Assembly (NCBI GenBank): GCA_964016885.1
Contig: OZ024757.1
Coordinates: forward strand, 43,866,944 to 43,930,943
Reading direction: 5' to 3'
DNA length: 64,000 nucleotides
From: Eledone cirrhosa
Lineage: Eukaryota
The translations under genes were made by a program, and so were the position numbers. Below, piece after piece: positions 21,101 through 35,200 of this stretch (positions are counted from its first letter, which is position 1; every line of letters begins with the position of its first letter). Below the pieces are notes generated by a model. That model ran no database searches. It was not told the origin of the DNA and saw nothing but the letters and a program-made list of their open reading frames with translations.

Positions 21101-24100
21101 ATGTGTGTATTATCTGTGTATTATATGTGTGTATATGTGTGTATTATATGTGTGTATTATCTGTGCGTATTATCTGTATTATATGTGTGTATTATCTGTA
21201 TTATCTGTGTGTATTATGTGTGTATTATATGTGTGTATTATCTGTGTATTATGTGTGTATTATCTGTATTATATGTGTGTATATGTGTGTATTATCTGTG
21301 CGTATTATCTGTATTATATGTGTGTATTATGTGTGTATTATGTGTGTATTATCTGTGTATTATGTGTGTATTATCTGTGTATTATATGTGTGTATATGTG
21401 TGTATTATCTGCGTATTATCTGTATTATATGTGTGTATTATGTGTGTATTATATGTGTGTATTATCTGTGTATTATGTGTGTATTATCTGTGTATTATGT
21501 GTGTATTATCTGTGTATTATATGTGTATATGTGTGTATTATCTGTGCGTATTATCTGTATTATATGTGTGTATTATCTGTATTATATGTGTGTATTATAT
21601 GTGTATTATGTGTGTATTATCTGTGTATTATATGTGTGTATATGTGTGTATTATATGTGTGTATTATCTGTGCGTATTATCTGTATTATATGTGTGTATT
21701 ATCTGTATTATATGTGTGTATTATGTGTGTATTATGTGTGTATTATCTGTGTATTATGTGTGTATTATGTGTATTATATGTGTGTATATGTGTGTATTAT
21801 ATGTGTGTATTATCTGTGTATTATGTGTGTATTATCTGTCTATTATATGTGTGTATTATATGTGTGTATTATCTGTGCGTATTATCTGTATTATATGTGT
21901 GTATTATCTGTATTATATGTGTGTATTATGTGTGTATTATGTGTGTATTATCTGTGTATTATGTGTGTATTATCTGTGTATTATATGTGTGTATATGTGT
22001 GTATTATCTGCGTATTATCTGTATTATATGTGTGTATTATCTGTATTATATGTGTGTATTATGTGTGTATTATATGTGTGTATTATCTGTGTATTATGTG
22101 TGTATTATCTGTGTATTATATGTGTGTATATGTGTGTATTATCTGTGCGTATTATCTGTATTATATGTGTGTATTATGTGTGTATTATGTGTGTATTATC
22201 TGTGTATTATGTGTGTATTATCTGTGTATTATATGTGTGTATATGTGTGTATTATATGTGTGTATTATCTGTGCGTATTATCTGTATTATATGTGTGTAT
22301 TATCTGTATTATATGTGTGTATTATGTGTGTATTATATGTGTGTATTATCTGTGTATTATGTGTGTATTATCTGTGTATTATATGTGTGTATATGTGTGT
22401 ATTATCTGCGTATTATCTGTATTATATGTGTGTATTATGTGTGTATTATATGTGTGTATTATCTGTGTATTATGTGTGTATTATCTGTGTATTATATGTG
22501 TGTATTATCTGTGCGTATTATCTGTATTATATGTGTGTATTATCTGTATTATATGTGTGTATTATGTGTGTATTATATGTGTGTATTATCTGTGTATTAT
22601 GTGTGTATTATGTGTGTATTATATGTGTATATGTGTGTATTATCTGTGCGTATTATCTGTATTATATGTGTGTATTATGTGTGTATTATGTGTGTATTAT
22701 GTGTGTATTATCTGTGTATTATGTGTGTATTATCTGTGTATTATCTGTATTATATGTGTGTATTATGTGTGTATTATCTGCGTATTATCTGTATTATATG
22801 TGTGTATTATGTGTGTATTATCTGTCTATTATATGTGTGTATATGTGTGTATTATATGTGTGTATTATCTGTGCGTATTATCTGTATTATATGTGTGTAT
22901 TATGTGTGTATTATATGTGTGTATTATCTGTGTATTATGTGTGTATTATCTGTGTATTATATGTGTGTATATGTGTGTATTATATGTGTGTATTATCTGT
23001 GCGTATTATCTGTATTATATGTGTGTATTATCTGTATTATATGTGTGTATTATGTGTGTATTATATGTGTGTATTATCTGTGTATTATGTGTGTATTATC
23101 TGTGTATTATATGTGTGTATATGTGTGTATTATATGTGTGTATTATCTGTGCGTATTATCTGTATTATGTGTGTATTATCTGTATTATATGTGTGTATTA
23201 TGTGTGTATTATGTGTGTATTATCTGTGTATTATGTGTGTATTATCTGTGTATTATATGTGTGTATATGTGTGTATTATATGTGTGTATTATCTGTGCGT
23301 ATTATCTGTATTATATGTGTGTATTATCTGTATTATATGTGTGTATTATATGTGTGTATTATCTGTATTATGTGTGTATTATCTGTGTATTATATGTGTG
23401 TATATGTGTGTATTATATGTGTGTATTATCTGTGCGTATTATCTGTATTATATGTGTGTATTATCTGTATTATCTGTGTGTATTATGTGTGTATTATATG
23501 TGTGTATTATCTGTGTATTATGTGTGTATTATCTGTGTATTATATGTGTGTATATGTGTGTATTATATGTGTGTATTATCTGTGCGTATTATCTGTATTA
23601 TGTGTGTATTATCTGTGTATTATATGTGTGTATATGTGTGTATTATATGTGTGTATTATCTGTGTGTATTATCTGTATTATGTGTGTATTATCTGTGTAT
23701 TATATGTGTGTATATGTGTGTATTATATGTGTGTATTATCTGTGCGTATTATCTGTATTATATGTGTGTATTATCTGTATTATATGTGTGTATTATGTGT
23801 GTATTATATGTGTGTATTATCTGTGTATTATGTGTGTATTATCTGTGTATTATATGTGTGTATTATCTGTGCGTATTATCTGTATTATATGTGTGTATTA
23901 TCTGTATTATATGTGTGTATTATGTGTGTATTATATGTGTGTATTATCTGTGTATTATGTGTGTATTATCTGTGTATTATATGTGTATATGTGTGTATTA
24001 TCTGTGCGTATTATCTGTATTATATGTGTGTATTATGTGTGTATTATGTGTGTATTATGTGTGTATTATCTGTGTATTATGTGTGTATTATCTGTGTATT

Positions 24101-24545
24101 ATATGTGTGTATATGTGTGTATTATCTGCGTATTATCTGTATTATATGTGTGTATTATGTGTGTATTATCTGTCTATTATATGTGTGTATATGTGTGTAT
24201 TATCTGTGTATTATATGTGTGTATTATCTGTGCGTATTATCTGTATTATATGTGTGTATTATGTGTGTATTATCTGTGTATTATGTGTGTATTATCTGTA
24301 TTATATGTGTGTATTATCTGTGCGTATTATCTGTATTATATGTGTGTATTATCTGTATTATATGTGTGTATTATATGTGTGTATTATCTGTGTATTATGT
24401 GTGTATTATCTGTGTATTATATGTGTGTATATGTGTGTATTATCTGTGCGTATTATCTGTATTATATGTGTGTATTATCTGTATTATATGTGTGTATTAT
24501 GTGTGTATTGTGTGTAGTATGTCTGTATTATGTGTGTATTTGTAA
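18160..24545. repeat. Complex satellite built from short (~9-13 bp) words TATTATCTG(TG)n, TATTATA(TG)n, TATTA(TG)n, TATATGTGTG, with GCG variants
   Basis: ~6 kb seen directly. More degenerate left of the SINE (18160-18315) and at the distal end. Confidence 0.97.
18316..18502 (+). mobile_element. tRNA-derived SINE at the proximal edge of the satellite
   Basis: GGTGGATTGGCAGTATCGGTAGAG (A box), GGTTCAAATCC (B box), family body and tail. Confidence 0.9.
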
Positions 24546-25859
24546 TAAATGTCTACTATATACACATGTATATATATATAATATATAAATACAATATAAT
24601 AATATATAAGTTGGTGTGTATCGGGTTTGTGTTTATATCACCGTAGAAATCTGTTTATGCAACATTCTAATTAGCAAAGGGAAATTACTGTAGTATATTT
24701 TAATAAAAATATTTTATTTTCCGTTTTAGCCAGAAATTTTGTTGTTTGATAAAACTGTCATTGAATTTATGCCTTGTCTGTTTCTGCTGAAGACTACTTT
24801 ACTAATTAAGCTTAGGCTTAATTTATTATATCGGTTTTCATCGTAAAATTGAGACGGGTGTTTTTTCATGTCTATTTAATGCAGCACGTTAGTGATATAG
24901 TAAGTTTTAGTTTCTATTTGTTTGAATATCATTTCGAAGCAGATACGACGGGGTTCATTAATTTCTAGATGAATTATTTGGGTTTAGTTTTAGTTTGTGG
25001 TTGTGTGTGTGTGTGTGTGTGGGGGGGGGGTATATATAAAACTGAATAGCTATATATATTTATATCATCTTGTCAATATCTAACCTTTTTCCTCATAAAT
25101 ATAGACAGAAATTACGGTATACAAGTAGGCACATGCATTAAAACTTAATATATGGTTATGTTACCAGGAAGCTGGAGAGTGAAAGTAATATAGTTACGGT
25201 TATCTTGAGGAAACGCTATATTTTTTTTTTTATACGCTTTTGCAATATAAGAATAGGAAACGAAGACAAACTGATTGATGCAGACAAAATATATATTTAT
25301 GGTAATTGTTCAGAATTAAGATCGTAGATGTGACCGATGTGAAGCAGCTGTAGAAAGTTGGCATGATGTAGTGAAGAATGCAGTGGGTAGAAAAGACATC
25401 CCCGAGAATAAACATAGAAAGAGTAGTTGGTGATTGTTGCAGTGAAAATCAATGAAGTACAAGCATAACGGACAAGAGAGAAGAATGCAGGCCCAGCAGT
25501 TGGAGTTCGCTGCCAAGCAGATGCCAATATAATATGAAATATTAGGGAATCGGATAATGTCGATTCCGTTTTATTGCAAAAGCGAATCCTTTAAAGTGCG
25601 AAACAATATAGTGTTTGTCGTTGATGTATTTATATCTATATTACTCTACATAAGCCCGCAAACAGGCCTTCAACAGTAAATATGTAATTGGCCTTTGTTT
25701 AAAAAGAAATTTTTTTTCTTAATATAATTGTTTATCTGCTGGATTGGTCATTGACCATTTTAGTAGGAGAGGGGATTTTGTTAGTGGTGTGTTACCTTCG
25801 CTGACTTAACTCTCTGAGAAAGAAAAGCAATTATATTTTTCTTTGACTGTATTTAGCCA

Positions 25860-27345
25860 CTGAAGAATGGGTGTAGCTCCTTGGAGCACTCCAACCAATA
25901 ATTCGAAGAACCATCGGGTGTAATGACTTTGGCTTTAGTGTTCGTGTAGAGCAGTGATACTTTTGTATTCCACAAAAATCTTGATCAGGCAGTGACGATA
26001 GTCAGAATTATAGGCAATTTGCTTTAGCTCCCTCAAATATCTTCCTCAGCATCAGGATGTGACCGTTGGTTGATCTTTATCTCTGAAGCTGTTCTGGTTG
26101 TTTGAGCTTTTTGTCCATGTAGGGCTGGATTCTCTTAAGAATCATCCTGTTGAGGTTCTTTGCCACAAGTGAGGTCTCCCTGTAGTTGTTGCTGTTAAAG
26201 AGATCTGCCTTCTTTGGCAGTGGCACGAAGTTACTGATCGTCCACTGGTTCAGGGAAACTCGTTTCTCCAGTCCCTTTTTACAGAACTGCAAGCTATGAA
26301 AATCACAACTCTACATGACCTGATGCCACTCGATTTTCTCCATGGGCCTTGCCCTCCTTTATCTTCTTTTTTTGCTCTCTGAAGCTCTCTGGCAAAGGGT
26401 CCTGTCTCAATATTCAGTTTTTGTAACAGCCACCTGATCTGCCCAGTGTTCTTGGCTGTGGAGGGCATCTCATAGTTGTGTTCTAAAATGGTCCAGCCAC
26501 TTCCTTTTTCCTATCCTCTGGATCTGTTTCCTTGATCTGACCTTTCCTCCATGTGATCTCGTTGATCATCCAACTGTCAACCGTTCTCTTAACACTTTTA
26601 GTGCCTCCTCTCTGGCGTCAGTGTAAGCGGTACAGAGTGCTTCCCTCATCACCTCCACTGTGTCCATCCTCTCCATAGGATCAGCACAGAATTGGTCCTT
26701 GGCAGGCTGCACACACCTTTGGGTCTGCAGAACTGACATGCTTCTTCTTCTTTCTCCTCAGCATCAGTGTCTCACTTGCTTCTGCTACTGCATTGTTCAA
26801 GTAGCCGTACCTCTTTGTCAAACTCTCTACAAAGAGCACTGAACCTGTTGCTCACTTCTCCTGTGAACCTCTTCTGTAGCTTATGTTCATTGAAAGTTCC
26901 CCAGTCATAGATTATACTGTTGGTGTAGCCTTGCTCTTTCTTAAGCTCACTCGGACCTCACTCATAACAAGCATGTGTCCACTGTCCCAGTGTACTGAAA
27001 TAGTTGTATGGTTCTGTGTTGAGAACACTATTGCGCTGCTTTTTCCTCACCAGAAAGAAATCAATCTAGGTCTTGGTCCACATCTTTTCTGGATTCTTCC
27101 TTAACGTTAGGTTGGTTGCCATCAAGTTTGCATCCAGCATGGCGTCTGTCGGTAGTCTTCCATTTCGGTTGGTGTTAGGGAATTACCAGCGCGGATCTTC
27201 ACTGCTCTCCTTACTCAGATGTGCATAGAAGTCCCTCAGAAGAATGATGTTTTGAGCTTGTGTGGTGTTGACAGCTCTACAGATCTCATGAAATTCCTCT
27301 GCATTCACATCACTGTCTCCCTTGGTAGAACTATAAGCTGATATC
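25860..27345 (-). mobile_element. Decayed LINE (RTE-like) APE endonuclease plus RT fragment; paralogs in units 2-4
   Basis: Minus strand: IILLRDFYAH (GDFNA-like, ~27225-27250), WTISNFVPLPKKADL..NNYR.TSL.VAK.LNRMILKRI, GVLQG (~25875-25890). Confidence 0.8.
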
Positions 27346-28305
27346 CGGTTTTAAATTCCTGTTATTGCCTGCAGGACTATGATAAAAAGGAGAGGGCTAA
27401 GAACAGCCCTGGTGTACACGGACCTGCATGCTAAATTCCTCGCTCTAATCATTGATAACCCTAACTTTGCTGATTGTTTCTTTATACATGGCTTGTACAG
27501 CCCTCATAAGCCATTCATCTACTTTTAATTTTCCAAGAGCCGACCGTATTATAGCATGGTGGACTCTGTCGAAGGCTTTTTCCATTTCGACAAATGCCAG
27601 GTAGAGTGGCTTACTTTTAGCTAGGTACTAATCAACTGTGCTATAACTCTTTACGTTACTTTCATGATCTGGTCCATCAGCTTTATACCTCTCTAGTTTC
27701 CTCTATCTAGTGCATCACCTTTACCTTTGTATCAGTTGACCATGATGCTGCTGCACGAATCGTTTAGTATTATCTAGTTAACATTACTTGTGGTTATGGT
27801 CTGATCTACTGACCCAGATGCCTTGAGCATCTCGGCAACTATACCCGATGGACCGGTTGCCTTCCCCGTCTTCATATCTTTGATTGCCATACTATATTGC
27901 TGCTGACTTGTTCTGCTAGCCCTTCTATAGGGTTCACTTTGGGTATGGTATCTTTTTCCCATGCATTCTCCCCATTTAGTAATCTTTCATACTGGCTCTT
28001 CCATGCATCTCCTCAGAAATTGTGAGTGCAATCTGACCTTTATCATTCTGGATACACTTTTGTCCAATGACATCACAATTCTCTGACACACTGCCTCGTA
28101 ATCTCGAACACCTGTTTCTGTTCCTCGTGTTGCAAAAGATGCTTGAAATTCCTATCCTCTACCTCCCTTCTAGCTAAGTATACTTGTCGCCTAGCTTTGC
28201 TCCTGGTCTCTCTGTAATGTGCCCTGTTTTTCCATTCTTTCCATGCCTGTCTCTTAGCCTTAATTGCCTCATCTACCATATTGTTCTACCACCAAGTGAC
28301 TCTCC
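27346..28305 (-). mobile_element. Second decayed RTE (BovB-like) RT fragment; paralogs in units 2-4
   Basis: VDEAIKAKRQAWKEWK, MKTGKATGPSGIVAEMLKASG, YKGKGDALDRGN.RGIKLMD, YLAFVEMEKAFDRV, GVHQG-like motif. Confidence 0.85.
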
Positions 28306-29888
28306 TAATCCATGTATATATCTTTTTATCATTATCCTTTTCTCAAATATACACACATGCAAATATTATGCATGGATATGTTAACTGGTAGCTGGAGAGT
28401 GAGAATAATATAGATGATAAAAATCTATCTTCAGCAACAAGTGCTATATTGTCTCCCATGTTGAAAGATATTATTTTACAATATAAGAACTTGAAACTAA
28501 GACTAACTGATGTATAGAATAGAAAGACCTAGATGTGAAAAGAAGTGGAAATTGTGCAGATTGAAGATTGAAGATTTGACCGATGTGAAGAAACTGGAAA
28601 GATGTTTCGAAAAGAGTGAAGAATGCAGTCCGTAGGAAAGACACCCCCGAGAGTGAACATTTGAAGCTAGAGCAAGGTTTTAAGAGTTAGAAAGAGTAGT
28701 TGTTGATTGTTCCTGTGAAAAGCAATGAAGTGCAAGCATAACAGACGAGACAAGAATGCAGACCCAGCAGTCGGAGATAAGCAGCGAAGCAGATGCCAAT
28801 ATAATATTAAATATTAGAGAATCAGTTTGTTCTTATTTCATGTTTTATTGCGAAATGGTATTGTTGAAAGCTAAAGACAATATAGCGTTTGTTGAAGATG
28901 ATGTATACTTTCTATGCAGAAATAAGGAAACATTTGCAGTCATCTTCATAATCATACGTTCGCTTTCAAGTGTGGGACATGTACTATTGAGCACCGCCTC
29001 TCCACTTATACCGGTCGTTGGTCACCTCGTTGGTGATTGTTAGCGATTTGAGGTCTGCTTTCACCACCCGTCTGTTTTTCTTAGTCTTCCTTCTACTGGA
29101 ATTACTTGGCACATGTTTACCCAGCAAACCATCTTATTCTTCTCTCCTGCACATAACTCATACCCATTTTCTCTCTCAACTCATCTCTGCTCGGTCGTCG
29201 GAGCATGCTTCCTTCATTTCTTTGCCAGCCTTGGCATATTCTCTGCAATTGCTGGCCATGTCTCACTTCTTCCAACCCATCTTTATTGTAGATATTATGG
29301 CCTCGTAGTAGCCTCCTCTCTTTCTAATCTGCTCATCTGTATAGAACCCACCTTCATTTGAAAACTGTTTCTATCACTGTCACTTCTACTGTGAAATTTC
29401 TCTGTACATGTAGTTTTCACTACCTGTTTGCTTGCTATCCCACTACATATGTTGAGTACCCCAGATGTGCATTGTGTATATTTTATAGAATTTATCCCAA
29501 CTCCTTTTCAACATAGGGAGCATGTCCTCTTTTCTATGTTTTTATTCTGTCCTCTTGCTTCCAACTACTGTTTCCATAGACAGCATTTCTTCTTTAGCTT
29601 CTTTACTGATTCTGCTATAAGAACCAGATCGTCATGGACAGCTAGTTTTAAACGCATCTGTTACTGACAGCACCTCTGTACAAAGCCTGCACTGCCCTCA
29701 CAAGACATTCCCCAACACCTAGTTTGGTTAGGCACCACCAGATGACAGATCATGGTACCCTACCAAAGGAGTTGTCTGTCAACAAAATTAATTGCTAAGA
29801 TGGATTACATTGCCACCGGTTATATTTTATATATTTCCTAAGACTCGTTTGATTAAAAAGCTTTTACTGACATTATTAGTTGTAGCTA

Positions 29889-30074
29889 GGCGGTGGGTTG
29901 GCAGTATCGGTGGAGGGTCGGACGCCATGCTTTGACTTAAAGAGTTACGTCCCTTTACGATCTGAGTTCAAATCCCGCCGAGGTTAACTTTGCCTTTCAT
30001 CCTTACGGGGTGGATAAAATAAAGTACCAGTAATGTACTGGGTTATTGCCGGCCTTGTGCCAAAAGTAGAAACA
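29889..30074 (+). mobile_element. tRNA-derived SINE with 17-bp target-site duplication
   Basis: ATTATTAGTTGTAGCTA at 29872-29888 and 30075-30091; A and B boxes present. Confidence 0.95.
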
Positions 30075-30160
30075 ATTATTAGTTGTAGCTATAAGTTTAG
30101 CTAGATTGCCAGCGTTGAAATAGTATATGTCTATGTATGTATACACGTACACATGTTATT

Positions 30161-33100
30161 ATGTATAGTGTTTTTGTGTTTATACGTCTACAAATGTTTA
30201 TGCCATATTTCAATTAGCAAAGGGAGTTTTACTCTTGGATATTTTAATAAAATTACGAGTTGTTTCCCCTCTTAGCAGGAAATTTAGTTGTTTGATAAAA
30301 CTCAATATTCAAGGCTGGTTGTCTCGGTCAGTGGTAAGCGTCTGTTGAAGACTAGACATCGAAATTACGATATACAAGTACACGCATGGATATGTTGCCA
30401 AGGAGCTGTCGAGTGATTATAATGTAGATAAGCAAAATCTATGAACACTCGCTATATTATCTCGCACTTTTATGGATATGTTTTTGCAATACAAGAATAG
30501 GAAACGAAGAAAAACTAATTCACTGAATACAGTGTGATGCAGGCAAAAGATGTTGAAATTGTGCCGAATTAAGATTGAAAATTTGACCGATGTGAAAGAA
30601 GCTGTGGAAAATTTGCATGATGTAATGAAGAATGCATTGGTTAGAAAAGACATCCCCGAGAATAAACAGAAAGACTAGTTGCGGATTGTTCCAGTGAAAA
30701 TCAATGAAGTGCAAGCATAACAGATGAGAGAAGCATGCAGGCCCAGCAGTTCGAGTTAGCTGCCAAGGAGATGCCAATATAATATAAAATATTAATGGAA
30801 TCAGATAGTTTATTGATTCCCTGTTTTATTGCAAAAGCGAATCCTTTAAAGTGCGAGACAATATAGTGTTTGTCGTTGATGTATTTTTATCTATATTACT
30901 CTGCGTAAATACGGAAAAATTTATGAGATGCCCGACCCTACATAAGCCCACAAACAGACATTCAACAGTAAATATTTAATTGTCCTTTGTTTAAAAAGAA
31001 ATTTTTTTTTCTTAATATAATTGTTTATCTGCTGGATTGGTCATTGACCATTTTAGTAGGAGAGGGGATTTTGTTAGTGGTGCGTTACCTTCGCTGACTT
31101 AACTCTGAGAAAGAAAAGCAATTATATTTTTCTTTAACTGTATTTAGCCACTGAACAATGGGTGTAGCTCCTTGGAGCAATCCAAGCAGTAACTCGAAGA
31201 ACCATCGGGTGTAATGACTTTGGCTTTAGTGTTCGTGTAGAGCAGTGATACTTTTGTATTCCACAAAAATCTTGATCAGGCAGTGACGATAGTCAGAATT
31301 ATAGGCAATTTGCTTTAGCTCCCTCAAATATCTTCTTCAGCATCAGGATGTGACCGTTGGTTGATCTCTATCTGTGAAGCTGTTCTGGTTGTTTGAGCTT
31401 TTTGTCCATGCAGGGCTGGATTCTCTTTAGAATCATCCTGTTGAGGGTCTTTGCCACAAGTGAGGTCCCCCTGTAGTTGTTTCTGTTAGAGAGATCTGCC
31501 TTCTTTGGCAGTGGCACGAAGTTATTGATCGTCCACTTGTTCAGGGCAACTCGTTTCTCCAGTCCCTTTTTACAGATCTCCAAGATATGAAAATCACAAC
31601 TCTACATGACCTGATGCCACTCGATTTTCTCCATGGGCCTTGCCCTCCTTTATCTTCTTTTTTTGCTCTCTGAAGCTCCTCTCTGGCAAAGGGTCCTGTC
31701 TCAATATCCAGTTATTGTAACAGCCACCTGATCTGCCCAGTGTTCTTGTCTGTGGAGGGCATCTCATAGTTGTGTTCTAAAATGGTTCAGCCATTTCCTT
31801 TTTCCTATCCTCTGGATCTGTTTCCTGGATCTGACCTTTCCTCCATGTGATCTCGTTGATCATCCAACTGTCAACCGTTCTCTTAACACTTTAGTGCCTC
31901 CTCTCTGGCGTCAGTGTTAGCGGTACAGAGTGCTTCCCTCATCACCTCCACTGTATATCCTCTCCATAGGATCAGCACAGAATTGGTCCTTGGCAGGCTG
32001 CACACACCTTTGGGTCTGCAGAACTGACATGCTTCCTCTTCTTTCTCCTCAGCATCAGTGTCTCACTTGCTTCTGCTACTGCATTGTTCAAGTAGCCGTA
32101 CCTCTTTGTTAAACTCTCCACACAGAGCACTGAACCTGTTGCTCACTTCTCCTGTGAACCTCTTCTGTAGCTTATGTTCCTTGAACGTTCCCCAGTCATA
32201 GATTATACTGTTGGTGTAGCCTTGCTCTTTCTTAAGCTCACTCGGACCTCACTCATAACAAGCATGTGTCCACTGTCACAGTGTACTGAAATAGTTGTAT
32301 GGTTCTGTGTTGAGAACACTATTGCGCTGCTTTTTCCTCACCAGAAAGAAATCAATCTAGGTCTTGGTCCACATCTTTTCTGGATTCTCCCTTAACGTTA
32401 GGTTGGTTGCCATCAAGTTTGCACTGGCAGGACACGGACCTGCATGCTAAATTACTCGCTCTAGTCATTGATAACCCTAACTTTGCTGATTGTTTCTTTA
32501 TACATGGCTTGCTACAGCCCTCATAAGCTATTCATCTACTTCAAATTTTCTAAGAGCTCACCAGATTATAGCATGGTGGACTCTGTCGAAGGCCTTTTCC
32601 ATTTCGACAAATGCCAGGTAGAGTTGCTTACTTTTAGCTAGGTACTTTTCCTGTAACTGCGTCACAAAAGTGAGGACATGAGTGGTGCCTTTTCCTGGTA
32701 CAAAGCACAATTGCATATCATGTAGTTTCAACGTGTTCCTAATCAACTGTGCTCTAACTCTGTTACTTTCATGACCTGGTCCATCAGCTTTATACCTCTA
32801 TAGTTTCCTCTATCTAGTGCATCACCTTTACCTTTGTATCAGTTGACCATGATGCTGCTGCACGAATCGTTTGGTACGACGCCCTTTAGTATTATCTAGT
32901 TAACAATACGTGTGGTTATGGTCTGATCTACCGACCCAGATGCCTTGAGCATCTCGGCAGCTATACCCGATGGACCGGTTGCCTTCCCCGTCTTCATATC
33001 TATGATTGCCATACTACATTGCTGCTGACTTGTTCTGCTAGCCCCTCTATAGGGTTCACTTTGGGTATGGTATCTTTTTCCCATACATTCTCCTCATTTA

Positions 33101-35200
33101 GTAATCTTTCATACTGGCTCTTCCACGCATCTTCTCAGCACTTTTGTCCAATGACATCACAATTCACTCTGGAACACCTGTTTCTTTTCCTCGTGTTGCA
33201 AAACATGCTTGAATTTCCTATCCTCTACCTTCCTTCTAGCTAAGTATACTTGTCGCCTAGCTTTGCTCCTGGTCTCTCTGTAATGTGCCCTGTTTTTCCA
33301 TTCTTTCCATGCCTGTCTCTTAGCCTTAACTGCCTCATCTACCATATTGTTCTACCACCAAGTCACTCTCCTCATCCATGTATATATCTTTTTATCATTA
33401 TCCTTTTCTCAAATATACACACAGGCAAATATTATGCATGGATATGTTAACTGGTAGCTGGAGAGAGAATAATATAGATAAGTCTATCTTCAGCAACAAG
33501 TGCTATATTGTCTCCCATGTTGAAAGATATTATTTTACAATATAAGAACTTGAAACTAAGACTAACTGATGTATAGAATAGAAAGACCTAGATGTGAAAA
33601 GAAGTGGAAATTGTGCAGATTGAAGATTGAAGATTTGACCCGATGTGAAGAAACTGGAAAGATGTGTTGAAAAGAGTGAAGAATGCAGTCCGTAGGAAAG
33701 ACATCCCCGAGAGTGAACATTTGAAGCTAGAGCAAGGTTTTAAGAGTTAGAAAGAGTAGTTGTTGATTGTTCCTGTGAAAAGCAACGAAGTGCAAGCATA
33801 ACAGACGAGACAAGAATGCAGGCCCAGCAGTCGGAGTTAAGCAGCGAAGCAGATGCCAATATATTATTAAATATTAGAGAATCAGTTTGTTCTTATTTCA
33901 TATTTTATTGCTAAATGGTATTGTTGAAAGCTAAAGACAATATAGTGTTTGTTGAGAAGATGATCTACTTTGTTTATGTATATTACTTTTTATGCAGAAA
34001 TAAGGAAACATTTGCACAGTCATCATCATCATACGTTCGCTTTCAAGTGTGGGACATGTACTATTGGGCACCGCCTCTCTCGGCTTATACTGGTCGTTGG
34101 TCACCACGTTGGTGATCGTTAGACGGGGGTGGTGAGAGCAGACCTCAAATCGCTATGTTTTTCCTAGTCTTCCTTTACTGCGTCTTCCTTCTACTGGCAT
34201 TTCTTGGCACATGTTTCCCCAGCAAACCATCTTATTCTTCTCTCCAGCACTCCACAACTCATACCCATTTTCTCTCTCAACTCATCTCTGCTCGATGGTT
34301 GACGAACATCTAACGGAGCATGCTTCCTTCATTTCTTTGCCAGCCTTGGCATATTCTCTGGAATTGCTGGCCATGTCTCACTTCTTCCAACTCATCTTTA
34401 TTGTAGATACTGTGGCCTCGTAGTAGACTCCTCTCTTTCTAATCTGCTCATCTATGTAGCGGAAGGTACGAACCACTTGTATAGAACCCACCTTCATTTG
34501 AAAACTGTTTCTATCACTGGTACTTCTACTGTGAAATTTCTCTGTACAGGTAGTTTTAACTACCTGTTTGCTTGCTATCCCACTACATATGTTGAGTACC
34601 CCAGATGTGGTGCATTGCGTATATTTTATAGAATTTATCTGGCTGTCCATGACGATCTGGTTCTTATAGCAGTTTTAAACGCATCTGTTACTGACAGCAC
34701 CTCTGTACAAAGCCTGCACTGCCCTCACAAGACATTCCCCAACACCTAGTTTGGTTAGGCACCACCAGATGACAGATCATGGTACCCTACCAAAGGAGTT
34801 GTCTGTCAACAAAATTAATTGCTAAGATGGATTACATTGCCACCGGTTATATTTTATATATTTCCTAAGACTCTTTTGATTAAAAAGCTTAATTTTTATT
34901 TTTACTGACATTATTAGTTGTAGCTAGGCGGTGGGTTGGCAGCATCGGTGGAGGGTCGGACGCCATGCTTTGACGCAAAGAATTACGTCCCTTTACGATC
35001 CGAGTCCAAATCCCGTCGAAGTTAACTTTGCCCTTCATCCTTACGGGGTGGATAAAATAAAGTACCAGTAATGTACTGGTTAATTGCTGGCCTTGTGCCA
35101 AAAGTAGAAACAATTATTAGTTGTAGCTATAAGTTTAGCTAGATTGCCAGCGTTGAAATAGTATATGTCTATGTATGTATACACGTACACATGTTATTAT
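30161..35200. repeat. Subtelomeric tandem duplication unit 2 (~5.0 kb)
   Basis: Colinear with unit 1; deletion at ~32425; two micro-inversions. Confidence 0.93.
34927..35112 (+). mobile_element. Paralogous SINE copy with the same 17-bp TSD
   Basis: ATTATTAGTTGTAGCTA at 34910-34926 and 35113-35129. Confidence 0.95.

Larger units (their letters stand above)
24615..30160. repeat. Subtelomeric tandem duplication unit 1 (~5.5 kb)
   Basis: Marker attagcaaaggga recurs at ~24670, 30213, 35251, 39229 and 44343. The ORF-track peptide MGKRYHTQSEPYR recurs at 27962, 33084, 37139 and 42237. Confidence 0.93.

Noticed and set aside
18457-24588. Three ~2000-aa Cys/Tyr/Val/Ile ORFs
   Set aside because: The satellite lacks stop codons on + because A is always followed by T. 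It is open in all three frames, so this is a compositional artefact.
25856-25935. CTGAAGA followed by ATGG/CCAT pairing (also in units 3 and 4)
   Set aside because: No GAAA, stem III or UH; it is the antisense of the LINE GVLQG coding region.
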